A stretch of 64,000 nucleotides of DNA from Bispira polyomma (taxonomy: Eukaryota). Shown here one piece after another: positions 47,606 to 61,936 of this stretch. The notes beneath the pieces were generated by a model that was given only the letters and a program-made list of their open reading frames with translations, was not told the DNA's origin and ran no database searches. How positions within the stretch are numbered: position 1 is the first letter of the stretch; the number at the start of each line of letters is the position of its first letter. The position numbers and the translations under genes were made by a program. Location: NCBI GenBank assembly GCA_965649765.1, contig OZ287753.1, positions 57,908,001 through 57,972,000 of the forward strand. Direction: 5' to 3'.

Positions 47606-50600
47606 ACCATATTCTGTATCATACATGCAACAAAACATGTCTTGTATCTTTCTAAGTAATTACAGCGCCTTACTGTATGTAAGATGTCACATACTACATG
47701 GATGGAATCCACCCTTAATGATATTAACTTTTTATCAATGGTATTTTCTGTGTCATGAGTTGTAATCAAAATGTAACATATTGGGGCTTCGTATTATATA
47801 TTAGTAAATATATTAGTAAAAAGCATCACCCACCCTGTGATAAAACTAAGGGTTTTTTATGTTATTTTTTAATACTATTTCTACGTATCATTGTAATATT
47901 AAGTGTTATGTATTCCACATACACCAATAGTCATGTAGACACTAACAGGTCATTAACTTTTTTATAAAAAGTATATCACAAAAGTTAAGGTCACCTTATA
48001 GGGGTGACTGTTTGTCAAGTTTATTAAAAAGTAAATTTAAGGTCACTTATAACGTAAAGTGAAGTTTATGTCACCTTATTGTGACCACCATATTGCTTGA
48101 TGTGTGAATATATATTAGTATTACAAATGTAGATATTCATAAAATCAATATCTACATATGACTCTTTCCATCATCTTTTCAACTTGGTGGGGTGGGGACT
48201 GAAAGTTCCAGTTCATTTTAAGCACACAAACAAAATGATTGTAGTTTTCATAAAGCCAAATTGTAAACGTTTACATCAGACATAAAAACTTTTCTCTTTT
48301 TGTATAAAGACTAACAACAAAAATAGACCAGTCTAATTTTAGTATGACATGACTTCTTCTAATTCCTGTCTTTGTTAAATGGAACTATCGCTTTGATCCC
48401 CACAAATGAACTTTGAATCCCGGCAAAAAAGCCCTTTAAAGTGGAACTTTCTTATTTGCAAAACTGATCATTGAAGAATCTATTATTTCTCAAAGGGTGT
48501 GTGGCTTTGATAATGTGCAACTGTTGCAGTGTTACATTACTTTAAGCTATGCCACATTTCAAAGTAAAATAAAAAATATCTGAAAGAAACTTGAACAGAG
48601 CCAATAAAACAAGAAAGTGTATCTAAATATACTAAAAAATGTGTTATGACGTATATGTACATTGATGTAATGTTTATTAAAGAGGGATGTTTTATTTTGT
48701 TAAACAACTGACACACCCCTTCGTTTATATGTAACAGTTAATCAATTCTTCCCACCATAATTTTGCAGTAAAATTTAGTGTTTTGTATGTTTCAATGACA
48801 TTTACTATAGTATTATAATTATTAATATTAATCTAATACTTTTAGGCACTAAATCTTCCTTATACTCAAAGCGCCATAGCACCCTAATCATAGGGAAAAT
48901 TCATAATAAATGAGGCTTGGATAATGTCATCAACAAAAATTTTAGCCTTTAGCCAAGAAATAGCACGGCTATGTTAAAAAGGTTTAAAAATTACACTTTA
49001 GATACTTTTTGAAGAGGGAATGCTCTTTGCTGTTCTTATGTGTAGTGACAGATTATTCCAGACAAAAGGAACAATATGTGATGCCGATTTGTTATAATGT
49101 CCGTTCTATGGACAGCTAAACCTTGCATATTTTTGGCCAGAATAACAATTGTGATAAGGGTTAATCATACAAGAGACTCTGGATGAACTGTAATTATGTA
49201 TAATTGTTTTAAGGTAAACTGGTTGGCCAACATTTGTTTTGTAGATCAAGTGGTGCATTTCCAAAATGGTTCCATAATAAACAAATAACCAGTAGAGTTT
49301 CTTTAGGTGGGGACTAATGTGACCAAGTATTATTATTATTCTATTATAAACAACAGAATCACAACTTTTAATCTAAAATTATATAAAATGTATAGACCGA
49401 TCTATCGTATAGAAAACTTATGTAATAAGCTATTTTAAGAAAGTGACTAAAACCTGACTTCACTAGCTCAGTAGATAAAACCTTCCATGTCTGAAAATGT
49501 CTGTCACTAGATTATTGTACTCTCAATTTGGTAGTGCAAGCATAAGGTATGTAAAATAGTTATTGCACCATTTGCTCCTCACAAAGCAAGTACATCGTCA
49601 TGATGTCACATCTGGGTCAAGGTTGGTACCTCCTAATAACCTAATTGATATTACTGTGGAATGGACCGCTCCAGTCACAAGGCTGAATCCCTAACTACTA
49701 GGCCATGAATGACCACATGGTCATAGCTGTATAGATAATTTATTACCTCTGGCAAATGTGGTTCCACCCATGTCCATTGGTGTTTTTTTTTGTTTTTTTT
49801 GTTTGTTACCAGGATTACACAAAGACTATGGAACGGCATTACATGAAATTTAATGAAGAAATGTTCCATGGGACAAGGAAAATTTGATTAAAGTTTACAT
49901 CAGATGTAGGTAGAAGGGTGGATCCCAGATTTATTTTATTTTTTAGCACTGTGGCAAGTTGTCAGGGCTTCAGATAGTGCACACTCTACTGTGAGCCCTT
50001 CTATTTTCACTTTCCCTCTACTAAAATCAAGGTTCGAAATGAACTACTCTTACAGCAAGTGTAATTCTGATAAACAGATACTTGAACTATCCACCATGCA
50101 AAATATAAGTGACTACCTAAGAATGGGATGAGACTTTAAGAGCCATTATATTACCCGTTTAATAAGAGAAGTCTATAATTAGACAGTCTTTAAGTATTTG
50201 TTTAATTGGGAAACTTTCCTTAGACAGGCCGCATGTGACCTTCTATGACGTAAACAGAGCCTTAAAAAACATAATTCCCTTGTGTCTGGTACATACATGT
50301 CTGGTACTATAACCAGGAGTTTTCTGTCACATTGTTAAGCTGTCCTTTGTAATGACTATATCCACTCAGCATATTACATGTCCAGCATATTACACCCAAA
50401 AAAGTAACACCAATTGGCCTAAGTGATAATGAAGAGTTAGAGAGAATTCAGGGCATTTTGACCGACATATTTGTTACATCTGGCAAGCAGGCTATCTTTT
50501 CACCCAAATTTTGGAACCAATAGATCTGAAAAAAGTTTAATCTTTATTTAAAGGCTACTCTTGAAACAGGAGACAGGTTACAATTTTCTGAAAAACAGTG

Positions 50601-53600
50601 CAAAAAAAAGATACATTCTCACTTGTTTTGACATTACCATTTGCTTAAACTTTTAGCAAGATGCTAAAATGAACATTGGCTTAATTTGTCAGTGGGCACA
50701 GAGTGAGCCACAGTAAAAAAAAAAGAGCAACTTTACACCAACTGAGCGATGCAGCCAAACACATTATGATCTTAATAGGTGTTGTCTTCGGAGCCGACAA
50801 AAATACAAAACAGGATTCTAAAGAAGTAACAGTAACTGATATAAAGACCACATCTATTATTTGTCCAGTGTTTTTTTTTTCTTTATATTCTAACTATTTC
50901 AGTTGGCAGGGTGTAAACTGTAATATCATATTAAGATTAAACCATGTACACTCAAAGTCAAATCAGTAACAATGGCCATTTGAACAATATAACATATCAA
51001 ACAAGTAACTGCAATTTAAACTAAATCACATAACTTAGTTTTACCCCCTTTATTTTAAGTTAATTGTGTATTTTTTAATTTTGATTTTCTTATTCTTTGG
51101 CTTCGTTATGATGCTATTAAGGAAAGTGAAACATCAAGGAGAATCACAATTCTTCTTTGTATAATAGGCTTCACTTTTAAACCGTTTTACCAATACACCA
51201 AAGTGTCCACATCTCTTTTAAAACTGTTTAGATTTTGACTGGTGACAAAATAATCTAGAGCAAAATCATTAATTTCATACCCTACTGTATTCACTGTAGC
51301 ACTTTCAGGTGTAGTTTCTATATTAGCAGAAAACGAAAACAGTGAACCAGGAAAATGAGTTATCACTTAGTAGTCGCAGTGAGGGGCTTCAAATATGACG
51401 TCAGTTCCAAGCAACTTATGTCAGGTACACATTTTTCCTAATCAGAACATACAGAACATACGTGATTTTTCTTTCAGTTCAAGACAACTGGATTCAAGTA
51501 AATATTTGTCAGTATTGTTTTTGTTACCTATAGACTGTACAATGTAAACAATACCATGGTCTTGTTATAGGTATTCTGTCTGTGTTTAACCTTGAAAATA
51601 GGCAGAAATTTTTACGTACAATTATAAATCACATCTGGCATATACATTACTGTGGCTAATAAGCTGAATTTAGATACTGCAAATGACTTAATAATGAGCA
51701 CGTTCCCATAAAATTTTCCTTTGACAACTGCATGTGCTGTTTTTTTACAAGAAGATGTAAAATGGTAACAACACTTTTAAAGGTCAATGCAAAAATGTTT
51801 TCCATGATGATGTTTGTGGTATGTGTATAAATACATACTTGTCTATAAGAATGAACTAGATGTACGATAACTGTTATAAAAGAGGGAAAGAAACAGCACC
51901 AAAAAATCAAATGAAGGTCATCTGAGAAAAGGTACTCATATGATAACATAACTGACAAAAGTGGCAAAGATTTTACTAATAAATAAACACTTTAGTGTAC
52001 AATTTTACAGCAAACTCCATATATCATCACGCTGGCATGTACAAAAATTCCTTGAAATTTTAAGTTTCAAAAGTCATTTTACAATAATATTGGCCTACCT
52101 GTACAACCACTATGGTTATTATCAAGTGCTTGCAGATCATTATGCCATAATTATCAGTATCCTAGCCATTAGGAATTACTTACTATTGATAATGTATCTA
52201 TTATTCGTTGGGTGTTTAGCTCGCCGGTACCATTAAAAGTAATACCATGGTAACTGTTGAAATATTACTGAAAATAAAGCCACTCTCTTCCTCACCCTAC
52301 TATCAAACCGGCCTCTCATATAGTTTCTTACAGATGTGTTCAATAAATTCAGATATAGTTCTCATCTGAAGTTATAATGTACCTCATAAAGGTATAAAGG
52401 TGTCAAAGGTAAAACAGACACATGCACCATTTAATAGTGGTGCAGGAAAGGACCAGATAAAAAGAGGTGTCAGTATGGTATTTTTATCAAATTAAAGAGA
52501 ACATGAAATTAGGTTTCTTTTCCTCTATAAATTTAAGACTTAAGAAGAGGGCACTGATAAAGCATTGTTGTGTGGAGACTCATTTCAAGTGACATGTTTT
52601 ATGTATTGCTCAATGTTAGTGTTCTATCTTTGAGCACAGTTGTGGAGACCCTGGAGAGAGAGCAATAATGTGAACAATAACCTACTTTCATTACAACTCA
52701 ATGGTTATACTTTTTTTAAATAACTGTCTTATATCATTTTCCATTTATTGTTCTGTTTAATGGCACTCTTTTAAAATAGGAGATTTATTGCAAAGTTTCA
52801 TCAGTTGTAACTCAAACCTTGGTATTATGTACAGTTCTATGCAAAGTCATCCCACCGGTTTGTGTTGCTCATTTTCTGATCATTTTTGGTTAACACTCAA
52901 TTTATTATAACATGTGACACAATAGTGACTCTTGATTGGAAAATTAAACAAAAACCAACTTAAAATAGAAGACTTGTGCAACAAAACACTTGTTGTGAAG
53001 CTCCCAAAATAGTTTATTTAATGGCATATATTATTGTTTTGAACTTAATACACTGTCCATATGATATATACTATCATTGATACAGTGTAACACGAAATGA
53101 AATATTGCTAAGGCATCTGATTGAGTTCTAAAATAACATTTCTGGACATCAGTCAAACGCTGTGTTAGATTATTAAAAGAATAAACATATCCTTGTGTGA
53201 TAGGTGGATGTACAACTGAGTATTATAATCATAGATATGGTAGTTGATTTTATAAGGTGACTCCGACAGGTAGAACGTACACACATCCAAGAATATTACC
53301 TTTTAGTCAAACCAGGAAGACAAACAATTGAGCAATGTATTGTTATCAGTTGTATTTAAAGCTGCTGATAAATCAAAGAAAATCCTAGGTATAGTTTTCC
53401 CCCATTATAGTTTGTAATAATACAGATGATAGGGCAGATTAACAAACAAACAAGACAAGTAAACAAACAAACTGTACAGTGACAACATTAACTGCTTGGT
53501 TGAGGTAATGATATTCAGTCACTGCATTCACATTCTAGATAACAAAATGTTGTAACCTATTGTAATTTACATCTAGTCTATTTATATCTAAATAAAAGCT

Positions 53601-54224
53601 TTATTGCTTGTATGGTAAATTTAATTTCCATTTTCGTCTAAAAACAGAAGTTTTATGTGTAGAACAAGACAGTTTAGTAACATAACATAAAATACAATTT
53701 TCTAGAATTATTTATGCCTGTTTAAGTTAGAAATGTCTTTTTATGTTAAGTTATGTTTCTTCTAATAAGTCTAATAAGTCTATTAATATTTTCTAAAATA
53801 TATTTTCTTTCTTGTGAGTTACATCAGGTTAAACCAACCCCTACACAAATAAGTGTCACCAATTTCTAATTGTGTGCTATTTTTTAATTTCTGCGAGCAT
53901 TCGATATTACTTCTTTTAAACTGTATATCGTTATTCCTTAGATAATCAAAGTTAACCTAGCTGTTTGGTTGTTTGATTTTCTTTGATATTGTTGTACGGA
54001 AGTAGTTCCCCTAATTATTTTAAACAGTTGACTACAACAAAAGTCACCCAAACCTCACAGTTCATGTGATTAATTGCATGTGATTAGTTGTCTCAGCCAG
54101 ATTGATTGATTAAAAATCTTGTTTCTGATTGGCTAAAAAACTATGAAAATTCATGGCATTGCATTTTAAGGTCCCATATTTCTATGTAGAAATAGAAAGA
54201 ATAGAAAAAGCATATTATCCACTT

Positions 54225-54297
54225 AGTTCAGTACTGTAGTGCTTTTTATGCTTCCCTCACATTCAAGAGGTACTAGTGTCCATACCTAGCATCTCCA
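54225..54297 (+). pseudogene. tRNA-Val-like pseudogene, paralog of 38305-38377 (more decayed)
   Basis: agttcagtactgtagtg...ctcacattcaagaggtac in the same duplicated context. Confidence 0.5.
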
Positions 54298-54637
54298 CCA
54301 TATAGTGACCTTGATCATTGAGGGTCTCATGTAGAAGTACCCTTAGTTACAAACCAAACAATGCAAATGATGTAATCAAGTTTTTAGACTTTAATAATCA
54401 ACTTAAACATGTAATGTCATTTCCGTTATGCCACAAGTTCTACTCTAAAAGTTTTTGAAAGAGAGAGACCAGCTCTCCATATATATGAGGTGCTTAAGTG
54501 GCTGTGTAAGTAAAAAAATTTATCTAGAAGAAAAATTCACTAATTCACGATTTTTGAGAAGTACACTAGAACTGATTTTCAGTATTGACTTCTTTTAGTT
54601 AAAAAATATTAGTCCAAGTTTTCCAAATTGCCACTGG

Positions 54638-54899
54638 GGGCCCCGGTGGCCTAGTGGTTAGCAAGCATTGCCCTTCACAATCACTGGTCTCTCACCTCTG
54701 GGATTGGCTGGCATGGGTTCGACTCCTGTTGATGCCAATGTGGGAAAGGTGGTAGTTCTTTACTGTGTACCGCTGGTTTTAGTGCAGAACTTTGATCAAC
54801 TATATGCCATCTTTCCTCCAGCGTTTCTAACTATCCGTCTGAATATAACCTAATCAGGTACTAGAGTGGAAGTTAAATATCCCAATTCAAAAAAAAAAA
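54638..54899 (+). mobile_element. tRNA-derived SINE with polyA tail and 16-bp TSD
   Basis: A-box gtggcctagtgg, B-box gggttcgactcc, A-tail, tccaaattgccactgg at 54622-54637 and 54900-54915; absent from duplication copy 1. Confidence 0.88.
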
Positions 54900-55407
54900 T
54901 CCAAATTGCCACTGGAAAATCATTTTCATTATCATAACACATTAAATTTCTGCTGATAATTTCTCAGCTCTTTTTTACTGCTTGCCCTTTGCTTTTGTTG
55001 CTTTTTGTTTCTATAGTATATAAATAGACACAGACTGGCATATGTGGATAAAACATTGCCAGTACGTTATACCAAAGGCAATATAAAAACAACTTAAAAG
55101 AGCAACCTCAAAAAGATGTGTAAAATAACAATTGTCACTCCCCAGTACCTTTAAGTAACAGGTAAAAATTTTTGTATTTTGTTATTGTTATTTCTCATGC
55201 ACATACAGGAGTGCCTGGAGGATGGACGAGGGGTCAATGACATTATACCACATGTCACCAGGATTTAATTTAACACACTGATCAAATTAACTAGACATGA
55301 TATTTTTGTTCGCTGCCTTAATCAAAGACTTATTATAAGATTGTATGTTTTCAACAAGGTTTGAATTTGTCCATGAAGAATCGTGAATGGGTGACTAAAG
55401 ACATATT

Positions 55408-56453
55408 GGCATACTGGTGTCATATTGGTAACGAGTACATGGGTAGTTTTGGATATGCAGATGATATAATTTTACTATGTCCAACGGTTTCTTGTATCAA
55501 AATAAAGTTACAGATATGTGACCAATTTGGTGCAGATTTTGATATGAAGTTTAATCCAGACAAATATCAACTGGTGGTGTTCAGTAAAAGTAGCATCAGA
55601 GATGATATATCTGGTATAACTCATAATAGTATATTTATTAAAGCTGTTAGAAGTGTTTCTCATTTAGGGTTGCAAATTAGCTCTGAGAATAAAAATGAAA
55701 TGGTTAAAGTGGCTAAGGATAAATTTACTGTAGCAACAAACTGTATAAATTCTATATTCTCTAAGGCCCATTCATTTGTCAGGTTTAAATTGTTCAAAAC
55801 ATATTGTATGTCACTTTATGGATGTGTTTTGTGGGATTATAATAGTAAAGAATTCAAGGATTTCACAATAGCTTGGAGGAAATCTGTCAGGCTAATATGG
55901 AGATTACCTCCACGTACCCACAACAGGTACCATAGTTCCATATGTGATGACCAAGAGTTGTACATGCAGATGTATAAGAGATTTTTAAAGTTTTTTCAAA
56001 GTTGTATTTCTAGTACTAACTATGTCATCTCTACTTGTGCTAAGCTGGCTTTGTCAGGGAATAGTTCTAATGTTAGCAATAATATAAATAGTATGTCAAA
56101 AATGGTCAATATTGGTAAAGATAAACTTGTTGAGACTTACAGTAACCAGATTTTTAAGACCTGTAGAAATGGTATGAATGAGACAAATGAATGTCATATT
56201 ATAGAAAATATTAAGGACTTACTGTATCTAAGGGATAACAACACTACAAGATTTACAAGGTATGAAATAAATTTTATGCTAAAATATCTATGTGAAGATC
56301 AATTATGAATAGAATTGTACATTTAAGTTAGCACCTCTTTTCTATACATACTTACTGTGCTGTTATAATTAATTAATCTGTTTTATTGTCTGTTTGTCAT
56401 TTATGTAGTTACGATGTACTGTGAGTACGAAAATAAACTATTATTATTATTAT
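55408..56453 (+). mobile_element. 5'-truncated LINE (RTE-X-like, clade tentative), ORF2 C-terminus open to 56308
   Basis: CHIG..GYADDIILLCPT, FNPDK, LFKTYCMSLYG..LW, AWRK..R.IW.LP.RTH; AATAAA at 56432 followed by a (tat)n tail; absent from copy 1 at about 40115. Confidence 0.85.
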
Positions 56454-56903
56454 TTTGTTGGGTTTTAGGGGTTTTTTTGGTGTGCGAAATCCTTTAAATT
56501 TTCTAATTATGTCAAAAGTTAAAAACAACACCACATTGTAAGAGTGATCCTAATTCTCTTTCTGCAGGTTTAAATTCTTGCCAGACTAAGATAAGAGACT
56601 CTGCCTGGACCTCTTTCTGTAGATACATTGTGCAGTTTCAAAATGAGAGAGATAAATAACAAACCATTGTGCTTTGGTTGCAATCAGAAGATGTATTTCT
56701 ATAAATACATACATAGCGTGGGAGTCTGAAATTTCTGGTTCATCTCTGATTAGACATAAAGAAATACACAGACTTAGAGCCAAGTTTTTCAGATTTCTTA
56801 TCCTACAGAAGACTGAGCTGAACCTGTCAAAGTGGCCATTTTTTAGATCAGTATTAGGTGGATATGGAAAAGTGGGTGCCTTAACTTAATACAAATATCT
56901 TCA

Positions 56904-57132
56904 CAGGGGAGTATCCAGAATTTTTCATTTGGTACTCCCCAATTGAACCAAAATTTTATGTTCGTTTTTTGTCCTACCAGAAATTCAATTTGTGGGGGGA
57001 GTGAGGGGGGGGGGGGGCTCATTGTCTGTCATTAATTAGTACTAACATAGATTCATATTTTTTAATTTTTTTTTTCCTGTTTCTAAATTGGTACACCTGG
57101 GCGTACTGTCGTTAACGGTGGCTACGCACCTG
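56904..57132. mobile_element. MITE with CAGG termini and 5-bp TSD
   Basis: caggggagtatcca / tggctacgcacctg; cttca at 56899-56903 and 57133-57137; empty site at about 40570. Confidence 0.8.
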
Positions 57133-58264
57133 CTTCAATATATCTGCCATTTTATCCTTATTTGCTTAAAAACACATAAGGCGCAGTGGCACAGCAACTG
57201 TCATAAATACTAATATCATAATATATCTGACTGTATGAGTTACATTCATCATCCAACATGCATTTGCACAAATTTTAGTAAGCAGAATGACTACAAGACT
57301 ATATAATGTTGTTTAGAATATTATTTATAGGATTTTTAACACACATTATTGATGCTAGCCATCTTCAAAAGGGCAACATGTGGAGATATTATAGACTGAG
57401 TCACACCAATTTTACAGAAATATAGTAACTGCATGTTTACCATACTCTGTACCATGCATGCAACAAAACTGGTATTGTATCTTTCTAATAAGTTATTATA
57501 GCTGCTTACTGTATGTCGGATATCATACACCACATGCATGAAAACCACCCTTAATGTTATCAAGACTTCATCAATATTGGTTTATTTTGCATGAGTTGCA
57601 GTAAATATGTAACAAACAGTATATATATATATATATATTGTCTTATATATAAGTGACATTAAATAAAGAGCATCACCCACCCTATAATAAAGCTCCAGTT
57701 CATTTTAGACACACAAACAGCATGGTTTTATTTTTAATAAAACGTTTAGATCAGACTTAATAACTCTTCTCTTTTTGTATAAAGACTAACAACAGAAATA
57801 GACCAGTCTAATTTTAGTATGACATGACTGCTTCTAATTCCTGTCTTTGTTAAATGTAACTATCTCTTTGATCCCCGCAGATGACCTTTAAATCCCATTC
57901 AAACGGTCCTCTAAAGCGGACACTTGCTTATTTGCAAAAATGATTATGAAATAATCTATTATTTCTCAAAAGGTGTGTGGCTTTGAAAATGTGTAACTGT
58001 TGCAGTGTTTCATTACTTTTAGGCTACGTAAAATAAAAAGGAAATTTTGACTAACGTATTTGTTACCTCTTTCATGTTTAGAACTGATCCAAGTAGAAGA
58101 ATCGATCCAGGATTGTTTTTTCACCTTTTGGCATACTGTGGCACTGACAAAGTATGTACTCTACTTAGTGAATAGCTTCTAGTTATTTGATACACTGGTA
58201 TACTTTTGACACACACATTTACTAATGCCATACCTTGATGAGTTATCAAATCACCAAAATAGGG

Positions 58265-58480
58265 AGGAGGGGTGGCTTCGGTTGTATAGTGGTGAGATAT
58301 CACATCCCACCTCTGCAGGTGGTGTTTGATCTTTGGTTCAAGCATGCATGTGGGAAAGTGGGCAGCACTCTTCCTGAAGGTTGGTGGTTTGTCTTGGAAA
58401 AAAAAACATTGACTATCTAACTTGTACAGCTTTTTCTCCACCAGTAAAGTGCCTATCGTGATATTATACATAATGATTGC
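58265..58480 (+). mobile_element. Degenerate tRNA-derived SINE
   Basis: ggcttcggt..tagtggtga..cacctctg..tgtgggaaagtgggcag..ctgaaggttggtggttt. Confidence 0.5.
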
Positions 58481-61400
58481 AACCCACGATTGGACGTCCT
58501 TTGATAGTGGTCACTAGTTTTACTTTATTTACTTCTTGAAAACTATACAGAACTAAAAGTAAATAAAAAAAAGTCTAAGTCGGAACACAAAGTAAACTAA
58601 AAGTATACTACCAAATACACTTGTTTAAAACCTAAGAGTTTTTCTTGCAGATTTTTATTCAAGCAAGGCAGCATGCTATAATATTCCAGTCCTGTAGGTC
58701 CTGATAGATTCTACATGGATAGCATGCAGCATTTTCTTTAACACTACTTGTGTATTTTTTACTGGTCCATTTCTTCTAACCCCATGTTCTCTGTTGTGTA
58801 GTTTGGATCTAGATTTAGCCTTGATGATCATGGATATCATGCAGCATTCTCACACTACAATACTCATGAATGATTACATCTTCTGGCAAGTCAGACGTCA
58901 GCATCTTACATAATCTCTAATGTTACATAAACTCTGCCAAGACACCTCAGTGCTAAATAAATTTCTAATCACCCCTTTAACAAGGATCTGCACCAATATG
59001 TAAAACACTTAACTAAATTTCTTATGTAAATTAGTAAAAAAAAATTTAATAATCTTTTTGACGAAATAGGTGGAGTTAACTATGATAAAAATATGATATG
59101 TCTACCTCAGATATTGAATTTAGATTTAAGCAACAAGGTAATACTTCAGAAGGACTTAGGCTTAGGTGAGAATGGCATAAATATGACATATCTGCATTGA
59201 AACCACTAGAACTAGATATTGATATACACATTCAGTGTCGGCAACACAGCAATACATCAGAAGGCTAATGAAGCTTGTGACAGATGTCACCTGTGTGCTT
59301 TTGTCACTTCTCCTGTCGTTTACATCATGAAATATATCCTGGGTGACACATGAAAAAGGGATATCTTGCAACAAAACCCAAGCAGAAAAAGAATTGCTGC
59401 AGAGACTTACAACTGGTGCAAGGTACATACAAGAATTACCTATTAATACTTAAGATTGATCAAAACGCCATTACTTTATCATTTTAAGAAGCAATGATAA
59501 GACAATAATGACATTTACAAGTAAGAGACTGTACACACAAACTTAAACAAATAACAGAAAACCTGGGAAGTTATCAAATGCTAACACCCGATAAATAGAA
59601 ACTAAAATTTCTATCAGAAGACGATCAAAATAAATTACCCAAAAATCCCTATCCTGTTTTGTTTTCTCCTTTAAAATAACTGTGTACTATGTGGGTGGTT
59701 TAGATCTTTGCTTTATATTTAAAAAGTATTACAAACTTTAAGTGGAACTTTGGGGAATATATTGTAGCCTTTTTAGCTAATGTGTTTGGATAGTGAAAAT
59801 TGATTCCCAGTGAATATTCGAACTGATATTCTGTTAAAAAATATAACCTACAGTGATAATTAATTCCAGTGAACTTAAAACTTTCTAAACAAATTAGCGA
59901 AATTTGGTTAGTGCCAAAAATTTACTCTGTTACAAGAATCTAAAGTGAAAACAATTTTTGCCTTTAGAAAAAAGAGAGATATGTTCTCACTTGTTTTGAC
60001 ATTAGCATTTGCTAAAACCTTCAGCAAGACACTGAAATGTCTATTAGCTTGATTTGTCAGTAGGCACAGAGTAAGCTAGGTGGGAAAGAACAACTTTGCA
60101 AGCTGGGAGTTTAGGAGTGGGTGGGGGAGCCATAAAAAGGGATCTACACTGGCTGAGTGATGCAGCCAAACACATTAGGATCCTAATAGGTGATATTTAA
60201 GATCTTCTGAGCCAACAAAAGTACAAAGCATCAGTTTGAAAAAGTAACCATAACACTGATACAAAAATAATATTAATGACTTGTTCATTGTTTTTTCTAC
60301 AAATGTTTACTTTTTCAGTTGGCAGGGGTGTAAACTGTGATATTACGTGAAGAATAAATCATGCACACTATTCAAAGTCAAACCATTTGCCATTCAAACC
60401 ATAAAATGTATCAAACAAGTAACTACAAGGTAAACCATATCACATAACTTAGTTGTTTTCTCCCTTTATTCCGAGTTAATTGTGTATATTTTAGTGATGT
60501 ATTTAGAGGCTACATAATGATGCTATTGAGAATGTGGAAAGCCACATAGAATAATAATAACAAGGCTTCACATTAAGGAGAATCGCAACTATTCTTTGTA
60601 TAATAGGCTTTATATCTAAACCAGTTCAACAATACACCATAGTACCCACATTATTTCTAAAGCTCTCTTGGATTGTGATTAGTGACAAACTAACATGGAG
60701 CAAATTTCTTTCATAATTTTTTTCCCTGCTCTATATATTTTATGTGGCTCTTTCAGGTGTAGTTTCTTTAATAGCTGTAAATAAAAACAGTGAACTAGGG
60801 AAATGAGATATCACTTAGTAGTTGCAGTGAGGGGCTTCAGATATGACGTCAGTTTTAAGCAACTTACGCCATGTACACGCTTTTCCTATTTAGAACATAC
60901 CTGATTTCTCTTCCAGTTCAGGACAACTCAATACACTAGTATTACTTACAGAATAATCCTATAATGAGACACACTAATCTTTTTTTAAAAGATCAGTAGA
61001 AATGTTATACATTACCTTTATATATTTTCTATAAGTTGAACTGAAATCAATTGTATTAACTGAATGCTATATTTATGGAATGATTTGCCTCTGAATTAGA
61101 TGCTTGGAGACTTTTGCCTAACAATATTACAGATAATCTATCATTTACTATACCCTTAAACAAGAACCTTTTATCTGCAAACTATAACCTAAATGCCACA
61201 TAAGCAGACCTAATTCTAGCTCTTTATCCATTTCAATAACAACATGATATCCTTCCCCTTTCTTGCTGAATATTTTTTCTCCAAACAAAACAATTACCTA
61301 TTTAGAAAAGTCATTACTTCTATTTTTATACTGCTCCCTGTGAGGCCTGTCACAGACACATTAACGTTTCCTTTTTTATTGCTTGACAAAGTAAATATTT

Positions 61401-61936
61401 GTCAGTATTGTTTTTGTTACCTTTAGACTAGTGACAATGCAAATAATTTATTTTACAATGTAAACAATAGCATGGTATTTTTGCAGGTATTATGTCTGTC
61501 TTTAACTGTTCTTGATATCTTCCTGAAAAATAGGCAGCTATTTTCACGTAAAATAATAGGTTAAACTAAAATATTTTCCTTTGACTGCTGCAAGTGTTGT
61601 TTTTGTGACAAGGAGAACATGTAAAATAGTAACAAAACTTTAAAAGATCAAAAAAGAAATGTATTCCATGATGATGTTTGTTTTATATTTATATATAGAC
61701 AGTTGTCTGGAAAACTCAACTAGACAAACAAGAACTGTAATAAAACAGGGAAAGAAACAGCACCTATAAATAAAAAAATGTCAACTGAGATAAGTTCTGA
61801 TATGATAACATAACAGTCAAAAGTGGCAAAGATTTAATTAATAAATAAACACTTTAGAATACATTTTTAAACCAAACTTAATATATAACGCTAGCATGTA
61901 TCACTCTACTCATTTGTATACAAATTTCCAATTTTA

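Larger units (their letters stand above)
37440..52040 (+). repeat. Segmental duplication B, copy 1 (contains YR element 2)
   Basis: Colinear diverged match to 53440-61900 (e.g. cttgtgagttacatcag..aaaccaacccctac; catacaggagtgcctggaggatgg; tagaccagtctaattttagtatgacatgac; gcagtgaggggcttca..atatgacgtcagtt). Confidence 0.85.
53440..61900 (+). repeat. Segmental duplication B, copy 2
   Basis: See copy 1; lacks YR element 2 and carries its own SINE, LINE and MITE insertions. Confidence 0.85.
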
